This document shows positions 1-12,946 of a stretch of 64,000 bases of DNA, piece after piece. Below the pieces are notes generated by a model. It worked only from the letters and a program-made list of their open reading frames with translations. It ran no database searches and was not told where the DNA came from. Origin of the DNA: Mytilus edulis. Its lineage: Eukaryota. The position numbers and the translations under genes were made by a program. The first letter of the stretch is position 1. Every line of letters starts with the position of its first letter. Where the stretch lies: assembly GCF_963676685.1 (NCBI RefSeq), contig NC_092349.1, positions 80,724,001 to 80,788,000 of the forward strand. The letters run 5' to 3'.

Positions 1-546
1 CTCACACCTCTTATTGAAGCACACCTTTCATTCAAACCAGAATTTGGTTGGCCAAGATCGGGAGCCAAATGGCCATCTTTTACCAAACATGAAGAGATAA
101 AAGCTGAAGGAATTCACCAAGTTGCTAAAGATCCACTGTATTGGTCTTTTTCATTTGTAACATGTGAAAAGAAGTTGCTAGATGGTATTGACTCAAATGG
201 AACTTGCCGTAAAAAAAGTCAACGCATAATGAAGAAACTTCGAGAAGTGTGGTGTCCAAAAGGAACAAAACAAGAACTAAATTCGTACCATCTTAAAAAC
301 ATTTTATTTTGGGAGTGCGAAAATCATCCATACGATAGTAAATGGACCAATGATCAGCTTTCTGTAAGAGTTGAGTCAATGTGTTACTTAATCATTCAAT
401 GTATACAGCGAGGGAACTTGCCTTTATACTTCCATACAGGTGTTAATTTGTTGGAGAATAAAGACGAAAATGTCCTCAGCCAGGTTGCATTGAATATATT
501 GAGGTTTTTGAAAAACCCGGAACAGTATTTAATTCAAAATTTCTAA
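1..546 (+). CDS. cGAS-like receptor (cGLR, Mab-21 domain nucleotidyltransferase), 3' part; 5' end lies outside the window
   Basis: Frame 1 is open from base 1 (LTPLIEAHLSFKPEFGWPRS...EGIHQVAKDPLYWSFSF...SYHLKNILFWECE...LPLYFHTGVNLL) to TAA at 544-546. It is collinear with the C-terminal half of the intact copy at 31776. Confidence 0.88.
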   Translation, partial: LTPLIEAHLSFKPEFGWPRSGAKWPSFTKHEEIKAEGIHQVAKDPLYWSFSFVTCEKKLLDGIDSNGTCRKKSQRIMKKLREVWCPKGTKQELNSYHLKNILFWECENHPYDSKWTNDQLSVRVESMCYLIIQCIQRGNLPLYFHTGVNLLENKDENVLSQVALNILRFLKNPEQYLIQNF

Positions 547-1023
547 TGAATCCCTTGTATACATTTATATTGACATATATGACTGACTAGTATTGTCTAC
601 TGCATCTTATCAACTGCAGAGAAATAAATACTTGGTTAACATCTCAAAAATTATTATTATTTAATGTTTTTCACGGTAAAGAAGAATTTTAACTGCAACA
701 AAAACAGCTTATAAATTTAAATGTCCGGGTATGGACAATGCTCCAGACTTATGTCTGGGTTTGATGCACAAACGATGAGCACTGCATGCTTCAGACAATA
801 AAAATGTCTCTAAGAAGATGTTTCTACCATTCCAAAGTATCAGTCACGATGATACCGTCTATCTACCCACTTTCTTCATACGTGACCTTTGTATTATGAT
901 GATGACTTTTAAGTTACATGTTGATCTCTTCCAGATTGTTATTAGCAAAAGCAATCGGGAACATAACAACGATTTTTCTGTTGTAATTATTTTTTCAATT
1001 AAACTTTAATTTTGCCTTCGGCT

Positions 1024-1050
1024 AACTTTTACTTTCACTTTCAGTTTTCC
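1024..1050 (-). promoter_or_regulatory. ISRE/IRF-binding element-like motif
   Basis: Minus strand reads GGAAAACTGAAAGTGAAAGTAAAAGTT, i.e. tandem GAAA(N2)GAAA cores. A homologous cassette follows several paralogs. Confidence 0.6.
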
Positions 1051-1806
1051 CAAATCTAATGAATATCGTAAACCGGGACGCAGATGTAGGTGAAATAAAA
1101 TTTTGCAACTGTAATCATGGGCTCTTACAAAGTTTTTCTTCCTCTTTTCTATTATTTACCACTCGAGTAGTTAATTAGATGTCAAAAAATGGTAAAAAAA
1201 TTGTATTCTAACAATACGTTGGTTCGATACCGATTTAAATTTGACAATGTTGAAATTGGCTCCGAAACCAGTCTGCTTTAAATAAAAGTAGGAAAATAGA
1301 TAATTGTGAAAACATGTACTTCAGAATCTGTCAGCTTAGGCATTCTTACAAAAACGTACCAATCGAGTGTAGTTGACACTTTAAAATACAGTCACACATT
1401 ACAAACTGTAAATATGTATATTATTCAAGATATTAACTAAGTCTCTGATTTTGTTATAGAGAGCGAATTTTAGAATTTTTTTGAATTATTATAAAATAAT
1501 CTTGATTTTACATTATTCACTGTATCTATAAGTATCTAGTAATAAAAAAGTTATACATTTTGAAGATCGAATTTATGTTTATTTATAATAAACCTTATTA
1601 TGATTCGATATCGCAGTGTAGCATTATCTTTTTTGGTCTTTGCATGCATCCGTTCACTTATTGTTCCTAATTTAGCTGTTTTGTTAAGATATACTCACTT
1701 AAAGGTGTGTTCACATCTATTTGCACATGTTCTTTGTGATTTGTACTTCCAAAAATATAAACCTGATTTGACGGTTTCCCTAGCACAGAACTATTATAGG
1801 GGTAAT

Positions 1807-2498
1807 ATGATGTTTTGCAGTACGTTCATGAAAGAGACAGGCGATTTAAAATGCAACCGCTGAATGTTGGTAGTTTTTATTCTCGTTTAAAAGTGTCCGG
1901 AGCAGACGAGTTTGACTATAGCGTTGTGTTAGATACAGGACCACTTCTTGCTTGGACTACTGGAACGCCGGCTTATTATGGATATACTGGAAACCAAGAA
2001 GTGGTTTGCAAATCTATTCCACTGCCGTCACGTCCAATAGGAAAATGCCTTATAGAGGTTGTAGGACTGACACAAAGATGGAATAATGAAAATTTAAAAA
2101 AAGGACCGGCTTGTTTGACAATAAGTGATCACATAATACCAATTAAAGTAAAGAGGTGGTTTAAATCTCTCGTCAGAGAAACTGTTAACCTACCACACAC
2201 TCTTCAACATGTAAATGCAAACAGGTTATCCAAGTCACCTGCTGCTACTTTGAGTATCAACCGTCCTGACATCACAGGAGAAATAAGTGTTGATCTTGTC
2301 CCTCTTATTGAATCACATGTTCCATTTAACCAAGAGATTGGTTGGCCTAGAGCAGGAGCCAGGTGGCCTCCTCGAACTAAGATTGTCGAGATAAAAAGCG
2401 GGGTCAATGTGCTGGAGAATAAGGATAGAGACGTTCTTGACCAGGTTGTACAGAACATTTTCAAGTTTTTGAAAAATCCCGAACATTATCTAATTTAG
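1807..2498 (+). pseudogene. cGLR copy, 5'-truncated, with an in-frame internal deletion
   Basis: Homology begins at ...LQYVHERD (first ~33 codons absent). GSFY...DEFD and SVDL are present. KIVEIK is fused directly to SGVNVLENK, so the EGIH...YFHT segment (~115 aa) is missing. Confidence 0.85.
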
Positions 2499-2800
2499 AA
2501 TATGTTGTAAATCTTTGAATAAATTGAATTAGCATAATATGATATTTGCATTGTCATCTTTATCGAGCACTACTTCGGAGTAAATATAACAATTATATCT
2601 TGATAATGTCTACTAAGTATTTTTTCTTGTGATGTTCTAACTGAACAACATATACTTTGGCGCGAAATCTGTATAATTCACCCGAAACTCTCTTTTGAAA
2701 ACTTATGTAGATATTTTTGAAGTATTTTGAATATATATGATATATTTGTTATTGAACATGTTAAAAACAAATTCAGTAACACAAGAAAATGCGTATCGAT

Positions 2801-2852
2801 TTACTTTCACTTTCACTTACAGTTTTCATACATCTGATGAAAAGTGAAAGTG
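2801..2852. promoter_or_regulatory. Bidirectional ISRE-like cassette
   Basis: TTACTTTCACTTTCACTT...ATCTGATGAAAAGTGAAAGTG: IRF cores on both strands, ~300 bp after the stop codon. Confidence 0.6.
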
Positions 2853-3185
2853 CAATGAACAATATGAAAAGATCGTACCATTTATCCATTCACTTACAAA
2901 TGCACTTTAAAGTTTAATTAACTGAAGGCATTATTGCTAGAACAGAATCAGAAAGAATATGAAACACTTTATTTCAAATAAATGGTGCCACAAAAGGCAA
3001 CATGAAATTATAACAACACACAAACAAGTAAACAAAAACAAATGAACAATACTGATACAAAGAATATCTTGAATTATCTATGAATGACACATATCGAATA
3101 CCTAAAACGCTTACCGGTAAATGTTTTTAATAGATTTAATATAAATGTGTAATAAAATCATTAAATTAATTTGTTCTATGTATAA

Positions 3186-3648
3186 ACCTCTTATTGAAGT
3201 ATATGTTTCATTAACCAACGAAGGAATACATATTGTTGCTAAAGATCCGTTTTATTGGTCATTGTCATCTGTCATGAGTGAAAAGATTTCACGAGATGGC
3301 ATTGACTCCAATGGAACATGCCGTCAAAAAAGTCAACGGATAATGAAAAAACTACGAGAAAGTTGGTGTCCAAAAGGAACTAACAAGTAATTACCTCGTA
3401 ACATCTAAAAAAGATTCTCTTCTGGGAATGTGAAAATCGGCCATCTGATACAGAATTGACTAATAGACAGCTTTCTGTAAGAATTGAGTCTGTGTTACTT
3501 ACTCATACAACATATCTAGCGTAGCAACCTGCCTGTCTATTTTCATACAGGAGTTAATTTGCTGTAGAATAAGGATAGAGACGTTCTTGACCAGGTTGTG
3601 CTGAACAGTTTTAGGTTTTAAAAAAATTCTGACCATTACTTACTTAAA
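3186..3648 (+). pseudogene. cGLR C-terminal fragment (degenerate)
   Basis: PLIE...EGIHIVAKDPFYWSLS...RIMKKLRESWCPKGT, then frameshifts and stops through ILFWECENRPSD...GVNLL. The N-terminal half is absent. Confidence 0.85.
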
Positions 3649-4124
3649 AATTTATCGTGAATAAATGATTCTTTTTCAATTGTCATATGTTATTTCAATT
3701 GCCTGTTTATCTAGCTCTAGCAAAAAAAACGAGGATCTCAGTGTTAAAGTTAAACTTTCGAAGGATTGAATTTTATTTTGGTTGGTTTTGCCTCAACATG
3801 GGCAAACAATGTTAATCTACACCTGATTCACTCAAAATATTCCTCTAATCAAAATGAAATGAAACAGACAGAACTAAAAATACACAAAAAAGTTTTCTGA
3901 AATTTGGAATACCTTATTTCCTGATATATGTATAAAGTGTAGATTCAGTAAATTTTGCGATAATTTGGCTTTTGATTCGTTTTGGCTTTCACATACAGTT
4001 TTACTTTCATTTCAAGTTTTCTAAAATCTAGACGAAACTTTCAATATTTTCTTTAGTTGCTGTAAACATCTGTTATATATTTTATTCCTTGTCTTTATTC
4101 ACAGCAGCCGTAAATATTGTTCGC

Positions 4125-5240
4125 TTATTTTGTTACGGTCTGACTAAAGTTTGTAGAATTATTCGTATTTTTTTTTTATTATTCTTCCTTTTCTTTTTCT
4201 TTTTCTTCCGCCACTTTAAAAATGAACTTGTCCGCAGCGTTTCTCAAACACTGCTTGTCAGATTTACTTAGAATTTCATAGAATGTTAGACTAATATATC
4301 TAGGTGAGCCATCAATCTTTCGTTTGTGCATTGGGGTCTATTAAGGGGTATTTTAGGGGACAGAAAGAGAGAAGGGGTTTACCAAAGAACCATATGGTTT
4401 TTTTTCTAAAATTTTCAAATGAATATAACTTGAAAACTTTAATTGATTAACACACATAGTCCTCAGCAATGATCAAAGGACAATTAAACAAATCACATGA
4501 AACAAAAGGGGTATCCCTGGGGGGTAATCCCCCACCCCCTTAAATTTGAAAATCTGCTATTAGCTTGTAAACGATCCAAATCCCCACCCCTTAACCCTAT
4601 ATATTCTTGAATGGGACCAAAGAACAAATTAAATGATAAAAAAGGGAAGTCCATTTGAGTCACCCCACCCTGTTCAATTTGAGAATGTGCTATTATCTTG
4701 TAAACGGTCCAGATCCCCACCCATAAACCATATATATTCTTGTAAGGGACAATAAAACAAATCAAATGAAATTAAAAGGAAGTCCCTGGGGGTCACTCCC
4801 ACCCCATTCAATTTAAGAATGTGCTATTATCTTGTTACCGGTCCAGATCCCCACCCCTAAACCATATATATTCTTGTTGGGGACAATAAAACAAATAAAA
4901 TGATGATGAAAGAGAAGTCCCTAGGGTGTCACTCCACCCCGTCTTGTTTGAAAACTTGTAAACAGTCCATATCCCCACCCCTAAACCATAATATATATTC
5001 TTGTATGGAAAAATAAAACTCAGGAAAGGAAATATAGGGAGAGTAAAAGGGGTTACCCCCACACCGTTCAATTTGAGAATGTGCTATTATCTTATAAACG
5101 GTCAAGATCCCACCCCTAAACCATATATATTCTTGTATGGGACAATTAAACAAATCAAATGAATACTGGGACCATAAGAATGGTGAGTTATGGGAGCTTT
5201 AATTGGGAGACTTCGTAACAGCATCCTGTTACAATTACTT
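4125..5240 (+). mobile_element. Non-autonomous Helentron/HINE-like element with internal tandem repeats
   Basis: T/C-rich simple repeat near the 5' end, ~5 tandem units of ~130 bp (GTCCAGATCCCCACCCCTAAACCATATATATTCTTG...) at ~4490-5165, and a 3' hairpin GTAACAG-CATC-CTGTTAC at ~5215-5232. The family assignment rests on architecture only. Confidence 0.55.
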
Positions 5241-8200
5241 CTTTTTTTCATCTGATTTTTAGCGAGAAAATTTATTTTCGCTTATTTAACAAAATTGTGT
5301 GCGACATGTTGAACATTTCCGCTTTCATATGTTCTCTTTTTATCAAATTTTATACTGTCTGATTGCAACTTATCTGGGACCTTTGGCAAAAAACTCTCAT
5401 ACAGTACAATAGTGTGTGCATATGTAAAGCAAAATTATATCCGGGTGAAATTTGATCCGGAGAAAAATATTTCCCTGGGATATTTTTTCCTTTGTCGTGA
5501 AATTCTATCTGGGTAGTTAACTTAATGAATAGTTATTAGAAAAAACTTAACCTTTACAAATACTATGAAATAAAAATAGTGTATATGAATAAAAGCTAAA
5601 TTGTTAAAAAAAAATTGTAGAATAATGGGAAATAATTTCACAAATTATCATTGAAAACATTTCCTGAAATATTCAAGTAAATATCATTCTTTTAAAAAGA
5701 AAAGTATCGTGAAACATAAGAAAGAAAACCAGAAGTAATTTCAAAGATCGTAATTGTGAAATAATATCATGATTAAATAAGGTAAGTGAAATACATGTAA
5801 AAGTGAGTTGTTTTCAGGTCTCAGTACAAATATGAATTAAAAAGTAAAGGTAGAATTATAGTTGCATTACTACTGTTAACAGTAATGGAAGAATTTGAGT
5901 ATGATGATATTTTTAACTATATATAAATTGATTTTTTTTCTGGGGACAAAGATGTAGTTGTTGATTATCAGATAAATAATAGCATAACAATATATATTGG
6001 AACAAAAGCAATTTCAACAGCTGGATAGTATTTATCTGTAAAATGTTATCTGTCTTATTAAATCATGTTGTAAGTCATCTTTTTATATAATTGAATTTAT
6101 TAAAAATAAGATTCAATGAAAATTTTCACCATGAAATAGATTCAGGAGTATATTATATAAATATCTTTAAAATATAAATTGATTTTAAAATATAAATTGC
6201 TCATAATTACCTCCCTTTGATTGATAAATTATGCAAATTTGTTCTACCTTTGTGAAACATTTATAATTATGGTCAGGTATATATTGATTGCGAGTAACTT
6301 GCATAGTAGTTAATGGGATTCTATTTCACAAGGTTCTTGGAGATATGGTACGGCAGATATATACCGGTACATACTATCCGCATAACACAGATAGATTTTC
6401 ACTCCTCTGGAAAAATATTACCTGTGAAATACCATGTCTGGAAAAAAATTACTGTCACAAATTATCCCAAGGATAAAATATCACAGAGGAAGAAATAAAC
6501 CGTTACACATACACGTGTTGTTGAAATATTTAGTCCCGTTCAGATTCAACCGTTTTTATAGGAGTCATATGATTTTGAACATTTGTTTTAGTATTGCAAA
6601 AAATACACATTGTTAATGCAAGACAATTGTATATAAAGGTATCATATGTGGTAGTATTTGTCATTATGGTTTGTTGACTTTATTAAAAATATCAAATTTA
6701 ATCCTGGTATCTATGATAAGTTGAGATAGATATATCACTGTTTTGATTCGAATATATTTTAAGAATTGAAAAAGTCAACTGAAACCATTTCACTGCTATT
6801 GTCAGTCGTCTTGTGTTGTTGACTTTATTGTAGTGCTATTTTTAGTCGATTATTTTTCCGAATAATTGAAATAATCCATTTAGACCATCTCACATAAAGA
6901 TAGCATACGTCAGTGGTGGGTATGTTTACCATGATGTGCTGTTGAGAATATCATATCGTTGAGAAAATTCTCGATCATCAACATGCATATTCAGAAAACC
7001 CTGATAATATCGTGATCGACCAATGAAATCCATCTGACGGAGAGCATTTCAGCAGACGTTTTAAGTGAATACACGAAGAAGGTTGGAGTGATGACGACTC
7101 TTATAGTCTTTGGAATGCCAAAGTAGATGAAAAGCATTTGATAGCTTCAAAAATAAATTTACCAAAACGAGTAAACAATATTAAACGAGGAGGCAATAAA
7201 TACGATGCATGAAATACAGTTTACAAAGTCTTTATTCCCATATCTAGAAAAGATATCGCATCGAGATATCTTTGATCATTTATTGTTTTATAATAGATTG
7301 AAGATAAGTGATATCAATTTAAAAAAAATAGAATAAATCATTCAAACGTTTAAAGATTATGACATTGAGGAGTGTTCAGTGCATAAGAGAATTGTTTTTT
7401 CAATTGTTTATTAGATGCATATTACCCATCTGACATTAATAAAGACATAGGCTAAATGAAATCTAAGAGACGAACGAACTCTTGTAGAATCGACCTAAAA
7501 TGTCTATTAAAATATAGTATGCTTTGTTATTCTTAAAAAAAGGACTAAGAGAATGTCTTGAATAGAAAATATAATGCTTTTATAGTTAATACAGTTCTAT
7601 TTAAATGGAATGAATTACATTGATGGTTTAAGAAAGATAACATAAAGGGCGCGTAGCAGTTTTCCTGTCGGTAAAAAGACCAAATTAAAGTACTTAGAAC
7701 AATCTATTTGTCAAACGTATTAATTTTTTCAAAAGTACTACTGCATGCATGTCAAAGGAGATCACATCATATCTTCATCTTGTTCAATGTGAATCGTCTA
7801 AAATAAATATATAAACCAGACTGCTTCAAGGCGTTAGAAATACGCCGGTTGGTTGATTCTACAGTTATTATTTATCAATGAAAATTCTTCTGAAGACGTT
7901 TGACCGTCCCTTCTATTTCTGTTCTTTTTCATTATTTCAAAAATGCATTTCACTTTGGACTTTAACATTATCAGCAATATAATAAAGTTAAATTATGTCG
8001 AAAAGGGGTAGATATATTACATCAAAACTTAACTTCATACAACATCCATTTAACATAGGTTTAATAATGGCTGAAATTTCGTAACTGTATACTTATCTTT
8101 TATTGTACACATCATTGACATATAACCCAGGTATCTTACTTTATTTTCCAACCTTGAAAACTTGCCAATAACTATGACAAACACAAATTATATCGTTCCG

Positions 8201-9860
8201 TAGATGTCTCTTTTAAAAGAATTTTATTTTTAACTATGTTGATTTTATGAATCCAGATACTGTTCATGTTAATTTTGATCTACGTTATTTGTTTACTTTG
8301 AAAATGTGTTTATCATTTAGCGGTGTGATATTTATCATAAATAAAACCTTTAATTTAAGAGTTTATAAGGTCTCTGATGATATTATCAAATGTGTATTCA
8401 GCTATTTATAATGATATCAGTTTGTCTAGTAGGAAATGCCATTAATATGTGTGTATCACTGTAAGTTTTGTGTGAAAGTAATGCGTGCATAAGGTCATCA
8501 GAGGGAGGAGTTCGAGATGCCAGACTTTCGGTTGGCAGCGTTGATACGTTTGTTTTACAATGGTAACTAGAGTGTGAGAGATTAACTTTATTCATGTAAA
8601 CTTTCAATTTTGGAAATATTTTAAATTGTATTTTTTTTTAACACATAAACATATTGACCATTGTAAAAATTTAGTATTTTTTGTTTTGTGGGCTGGATGT
8701 TATATATCAATATGTAAGATCAGATTATGTTTGTCAGTATTTTGTATTTATGTTTGTGACGTCATCTTTGTCTGATTAAAATGTAGAAATGGAAGCTGAT
8801 GTGTTTTTGTGTGTCCGTATGTAATCGCCGCCATCCATGCAACCAGAGCTATTCGCCTATTCTGTAATATTAATTGTAAATTTTGAATGGAAAAAATTAA
8901 AGAGCATATCTGCCTATAGGAAAATTGTTAGAATAGCAAAAGTTGATATATTTGTATGACAGTATCACAATTTTATTTACAAACAAAACATAATACCATT
9001 TTAACCTAAAAAAATAACCTTTTTTTAAAGTGACTAAAACAATAAAGTATTAACGAAGGCAAAAGTAGTATACCGCTGTTCGAAAGTCATAAATCGATTG
9101 CGAGAAAACAAATAGTTACAAACTAAAACCTAGGGAAACACATCACCTATTTGAGGAAAACACCGAAGGAAAACAACGAAACAACAGAAACATTTAAGTG
9201 CAACAAAAAACTAAACGACAATGCAACACACACAGAAACGAACTATAAGACAATAACTGCCATTTTCTTGAAAATATGTAAAAATATATAAAAATGTCTT
9301 GCGTCAGTACATTCAAAACTAATGCCTATGCAAAAACAAATTAACTCAAATTTCCGCTTAGCAACGAATTTAGATTTATTTACACCTTAAATAAATATCA
9401 GTATTTAAAAAAATAATTCCAAATGAGACAACTGTCTGCCGGTGTTTAAATGAAGTAGATATAATTTATTATAGGGCACCATCAATCTTTCAACGATGAG
9501 GAAATCCCATACTGTGTTGTAAGCTATAAAAAACTAGACAAGGACAAATGTTGAACAATGTAAAGGCAGAAAATATTAACCATTAGTGAGCAAACTTTAT
9601 CAATCCTTAATTAACATGATATACAAGATACATCGACGAGGTCGTTATGGTTTACTTCAATGAGGAAGTTTTCGCACAGTAATTAAACCTTAATTTACTA
9701 GTATTTAATAGTATGATACATCATATGAGCCTAAGTTACATCAGACTTATTTTTTAAAATTTAAAAATCCCTTCATCTATGAATTTGATACCAAGCTATT
9801 CAAGAATGCAGAGGAAAAGCATTAATTTCACATTATTGCTATCAAGATTTACATGTAAAC

Positions 9861-10989
9861 ATGAATAACATCATGTTGAATAAATTTTATAAAGACGATG
9901 TGAAAATTACAAAACTAGAAATTAAGCACAATGCTGATTTTGTGATTCCTCTTGTCAATAGCATTTTGCAGAACGTTCATGAATTAGACGAGCGGTCTAA
10001 ATCACAACCATTACATGTTGGTAGTTACTACTCTCGTCTTAAAGTGTCTCGAGCAGACGAGTTTGACTATAGCGTAGTGTTGGATGTAGGATCATCTCTC
10101 TCTTGGATTCCCACAACGCCGGTTCATTATGGATATCATAGAAACAAAGAAGTGGATTGTACATCGATTCCACTGTCAACACCACCAGTAGGAAAATGCT
10201 TAACACAGATTCCAGAACAGATACAAAGCTGGAATAATAAAGGTTTAAATAACGGACCGGCATGTTTGTCAATTGATTATTATACCTATAAAAGTTAAAA
10301 GATGGTTTAAGCAACTCGTCATTAAAGCTATAGATCAACTCGGAATATGGGACATCGTCAAAGTGCAAGGATTACCCGAGTCTCCTGCAACTACTTTGAC
10401 GATTTGCCATTCCAAAATTGCTGGAGGAACAATTAGCGTAGATCTCACACCCATAATCGAAGGAAAGCTATCATTCAAACCAAGGTTTGGTTGGCCTAGG
10501 GCGGGGGCAAAATGGCCATCCGATACCAAGATTCAGGAGATAAAAGATGAAGGAATACATATTGTTGCCAAAGATCCATATTATTGGTCTTTATCATTCG
10601 TCGCATGTGAAAAGAAATTGATAGCTGGCATTGATTCAGATGGATCTTGTCGTAAAAAGAGTCAATGCATTATGAAAAAACTTCGAGAAATGTGGTGTCC
10701 GAAAGAAACAAAACAGGAACTTACTTCGTACCATCTTAAAAATATTCTTTTCTGGGAATGTGAAAATCATCCAGATAATAAAGAATGGAATAAAGATCAG
10801 CTTGCTGTAAGAATTGAGTCCATGTGTAATCTACTCATACAACAAATACGATGTGGCAACCTACCTCTATACTTCCATACAGGGGTCAATTTGTTTGAGA
10901 ATAAGGACAAAGACGTTCTTGGCCAGGTTGCGCACAATATTTTAAGGTTTGTGAGGGCGCCACATCATTACTTATATAAATACATGTAG
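9861..10989 (+). pseudogene. Full-length cGLR with a single frameshift
   Basis: ORFs 9861-10298 and 10273-10989 together give the whole protein. About 5 nt are missing at ~10275-10281 (GATTATT versus GATGATCACATC in paralogs). All catalytic motifs (VGSYY, DEFD, SVDL) are intact. Confidence 0.85.
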
Positions 10990-12233
10990 TGAATTTTTTA
11001 TATAATGTAGATTGGTACCTCATATTTACATTATCTTATACCAAAATACTGATTCTGAGAGAATGTTAGAAATGCTCTTTTTTGTATATTTATAACAGAA
11101 ACGTAACATTAACTTGAATAAATTATATATAAGCGTATTCGGATTCTAGTGTTCATGATCACTCGGTTCTTAAGTGCACTTTTTGACTATTGTCATAACG
11201 AAATGATGAGTATCATACACTTTGTTAAAAGCAAGTGTTGAAAATAAAATCATAACGGTACTGAAATTTAAAAGGGAAAGTCCCTAATCAAACACAATAT
11301 AAAAAGCCCAAACATATGAAAAGAATGGGTAACACTTGTAACAGGCATTTTCATATTTAGAAAACGGTGGTTTACACCTAATTTTATAGCTAGCTAACCC
11401 TATCACTTGTATGACGGTCGCATCAAATTCCATTATACTGACAACAATGTTTGAACAAAACAAACAGATATAATAGGTAAAAATGTCAAAGTTACAGCAG
11501 TCAACAGCGTGTTATAATCTTAATCACTATAAAAAAAAATTTTTATTATGTAACAAAAAAAGCAACAAAAAAAAAAGCACATTTGCAAAAATTAAAGACC
11601 AGAATACAAAAAGTTTTGAAACAGCACAATGATACAATAACGGGTTAAAGTACAGAGCCACGTCATATGTATCCAAAAACACAAAAAAGCAAATAGACAA
11701 AGAACATTAACAAAAATGAAAGACGAGATCTCAATATCCATTCTCAATTTTAAAAATAAAACAATCATCATAGAACAATAACACAATGACGGGATGTATA
11801 AGTGCACAGACACGTCAACTGTTTCAAACATATTAATCAGTCAAAGTTTAATGTCTCTTCAGTGATGTTATGGATCGAATAGAATTTGGAATATAATTAA
11901 CCTGACTTAAAGATAGACTCTTGAAACCTTCGGTGGCCGGGTGTTACCCTTCAACGTCAGTTTCAATCTAGCGTCGTACTACAGTACATGATATATAAGG
12001 CATGAAGATGTTATTTTACAAATCAGCTAAATTATCTATAGTAAAGGATCCTACAAATTAATGTAAGAAACAGTTACAGAAATAATATATTTATAAGTAC
12101 GTCTGAACCAGTGACAACTCTACAACAGATTTATCCATCGGATCACCAGCAGTGATGGTTATACACGGCTGTGTACATTCAGTATATATAATTCATCTTA
12201 ACATCAACCCAACAATGTTAGATCTGTAAATAA

Positions 12234-12344
12234 ATCCATATTATTGGTCTTTATCATTCGTCGCATGTGAAAAGAAATTGATAGCTGGCATCGATTCAGA
12301 TGGATCTTGTCGTAAAAAGAGTCAACGTATTATGAAAAAACTTC
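12234..12344 (+). pseudogene. 111-bp captured cGLR fragment
   Basis: Matches 10574-10684 with 3 mismatches (PYYWSLSFVACEKKLIAGIDSDGSCRKKSQRIMKKL). Confidence 0.9.
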
Positions 12345-12437
12345 CCTCGCCGGGATTCGAACCCATGCTACTGAGATATCGTGACACCAAATCACCTGCA
12401 CTGTAACCGGCGCGCTAGACCACACGACCACCTGGGC
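12345..12437 (-). ncRNA. tRNA-derived (Leu/Ser-like) Pol III promoter head of a SINE-like repeat; probably not a functional tRNA
   Basis: Minus strand GCCCAGGTGGTCGTGTGGTCTAGCGCGCCGG...GCATGGGTTCGAATCCCGGCGAGG has an A-box-like TGGTCGTGTGG and a B-box GGTTCGAATCC. The acceptor stem does not pair well. Confidence 0.6.
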
Positions 12438-12946
12438 TTCAAATTGAAGCTTTCGGTGGCCGGGTGTTACCTTTCCGCGTCAGTTAAATCTAGCGTCGTA
12501 CTACTGTATATGATAAATAAGGCATGAAGATGTTATTTTTACAGATCAGCTAAATTATCTATAGTAAAGAATCCTACAAATTAATGTAAGATACAGTCAC
12601 AGAAATAATATATTTATAAGTAAGTCTGAACCAGTGACAACTCTACAACATATTTATCCATCGGATCACCAGCAGATCAGCTGCAAACAAACTGTTATGT
12701 GCGAGAATTCATAGGAAAATGTTCAAGGCTAATAATGTCTTTACTAAAAAAGAAAAAAGTGCTATAAGACTTTTATTTAAGAATAATAATTTTCACAGAC
12801 TGGGTTTTGCTTGTGTACACCAAAGAGATAATCTTGTACTTACTCTGTCTAAAAAAAAAGGAACAAGATTACGTGGGAAAATGCTATCATAGGTCTTTCG
12901 CAAAGATTAAAAACGAATTGATTACTAGTACATCAAATCTTCTTAA

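Larger units (their letters stand above)
11921..12675. repeat. Direct repeat (~230 bp x2) around a tRNA-like head; SINE-like tandem element
   Basis: 11921-12152 matches 12444-12675 (TTCGGTGGCCGGGTGTTACC...GGATCACCAGCAG). Confidence 0.75.

Noticed and set aside
4490-5165. CRISPR-like array
   Set aside because: Whole ~130-bp units repeat with no unique spacers, in a eukaryotic context without cas genes.
5428-6508. Old TIR element with subterminal repeats
   Set aside because: The ends are too degenerate to define a TIR or TSD.
6946-7212. Chromodomain-like decayed ORF (EYHIVEKILDHQ...)
   Set aside because: Only a 7-residue resemblance, two in-frame stops, and no further chromodomain motif.
8400-8620. 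Possible non-coding exon of the 9861 gene (GTAAGT donor at 8461)
   Set aside because: A single donor-like site with no paralogous counterpart seen; unsupported without RNA data.
12345-12437. Functional tRNA gene
   Set aside because: A and B boxes are present, but the acceptor stem and anticodon arm do not fold convincingly and it sits in a tandem repeat. tRNAscan-SE would decide.
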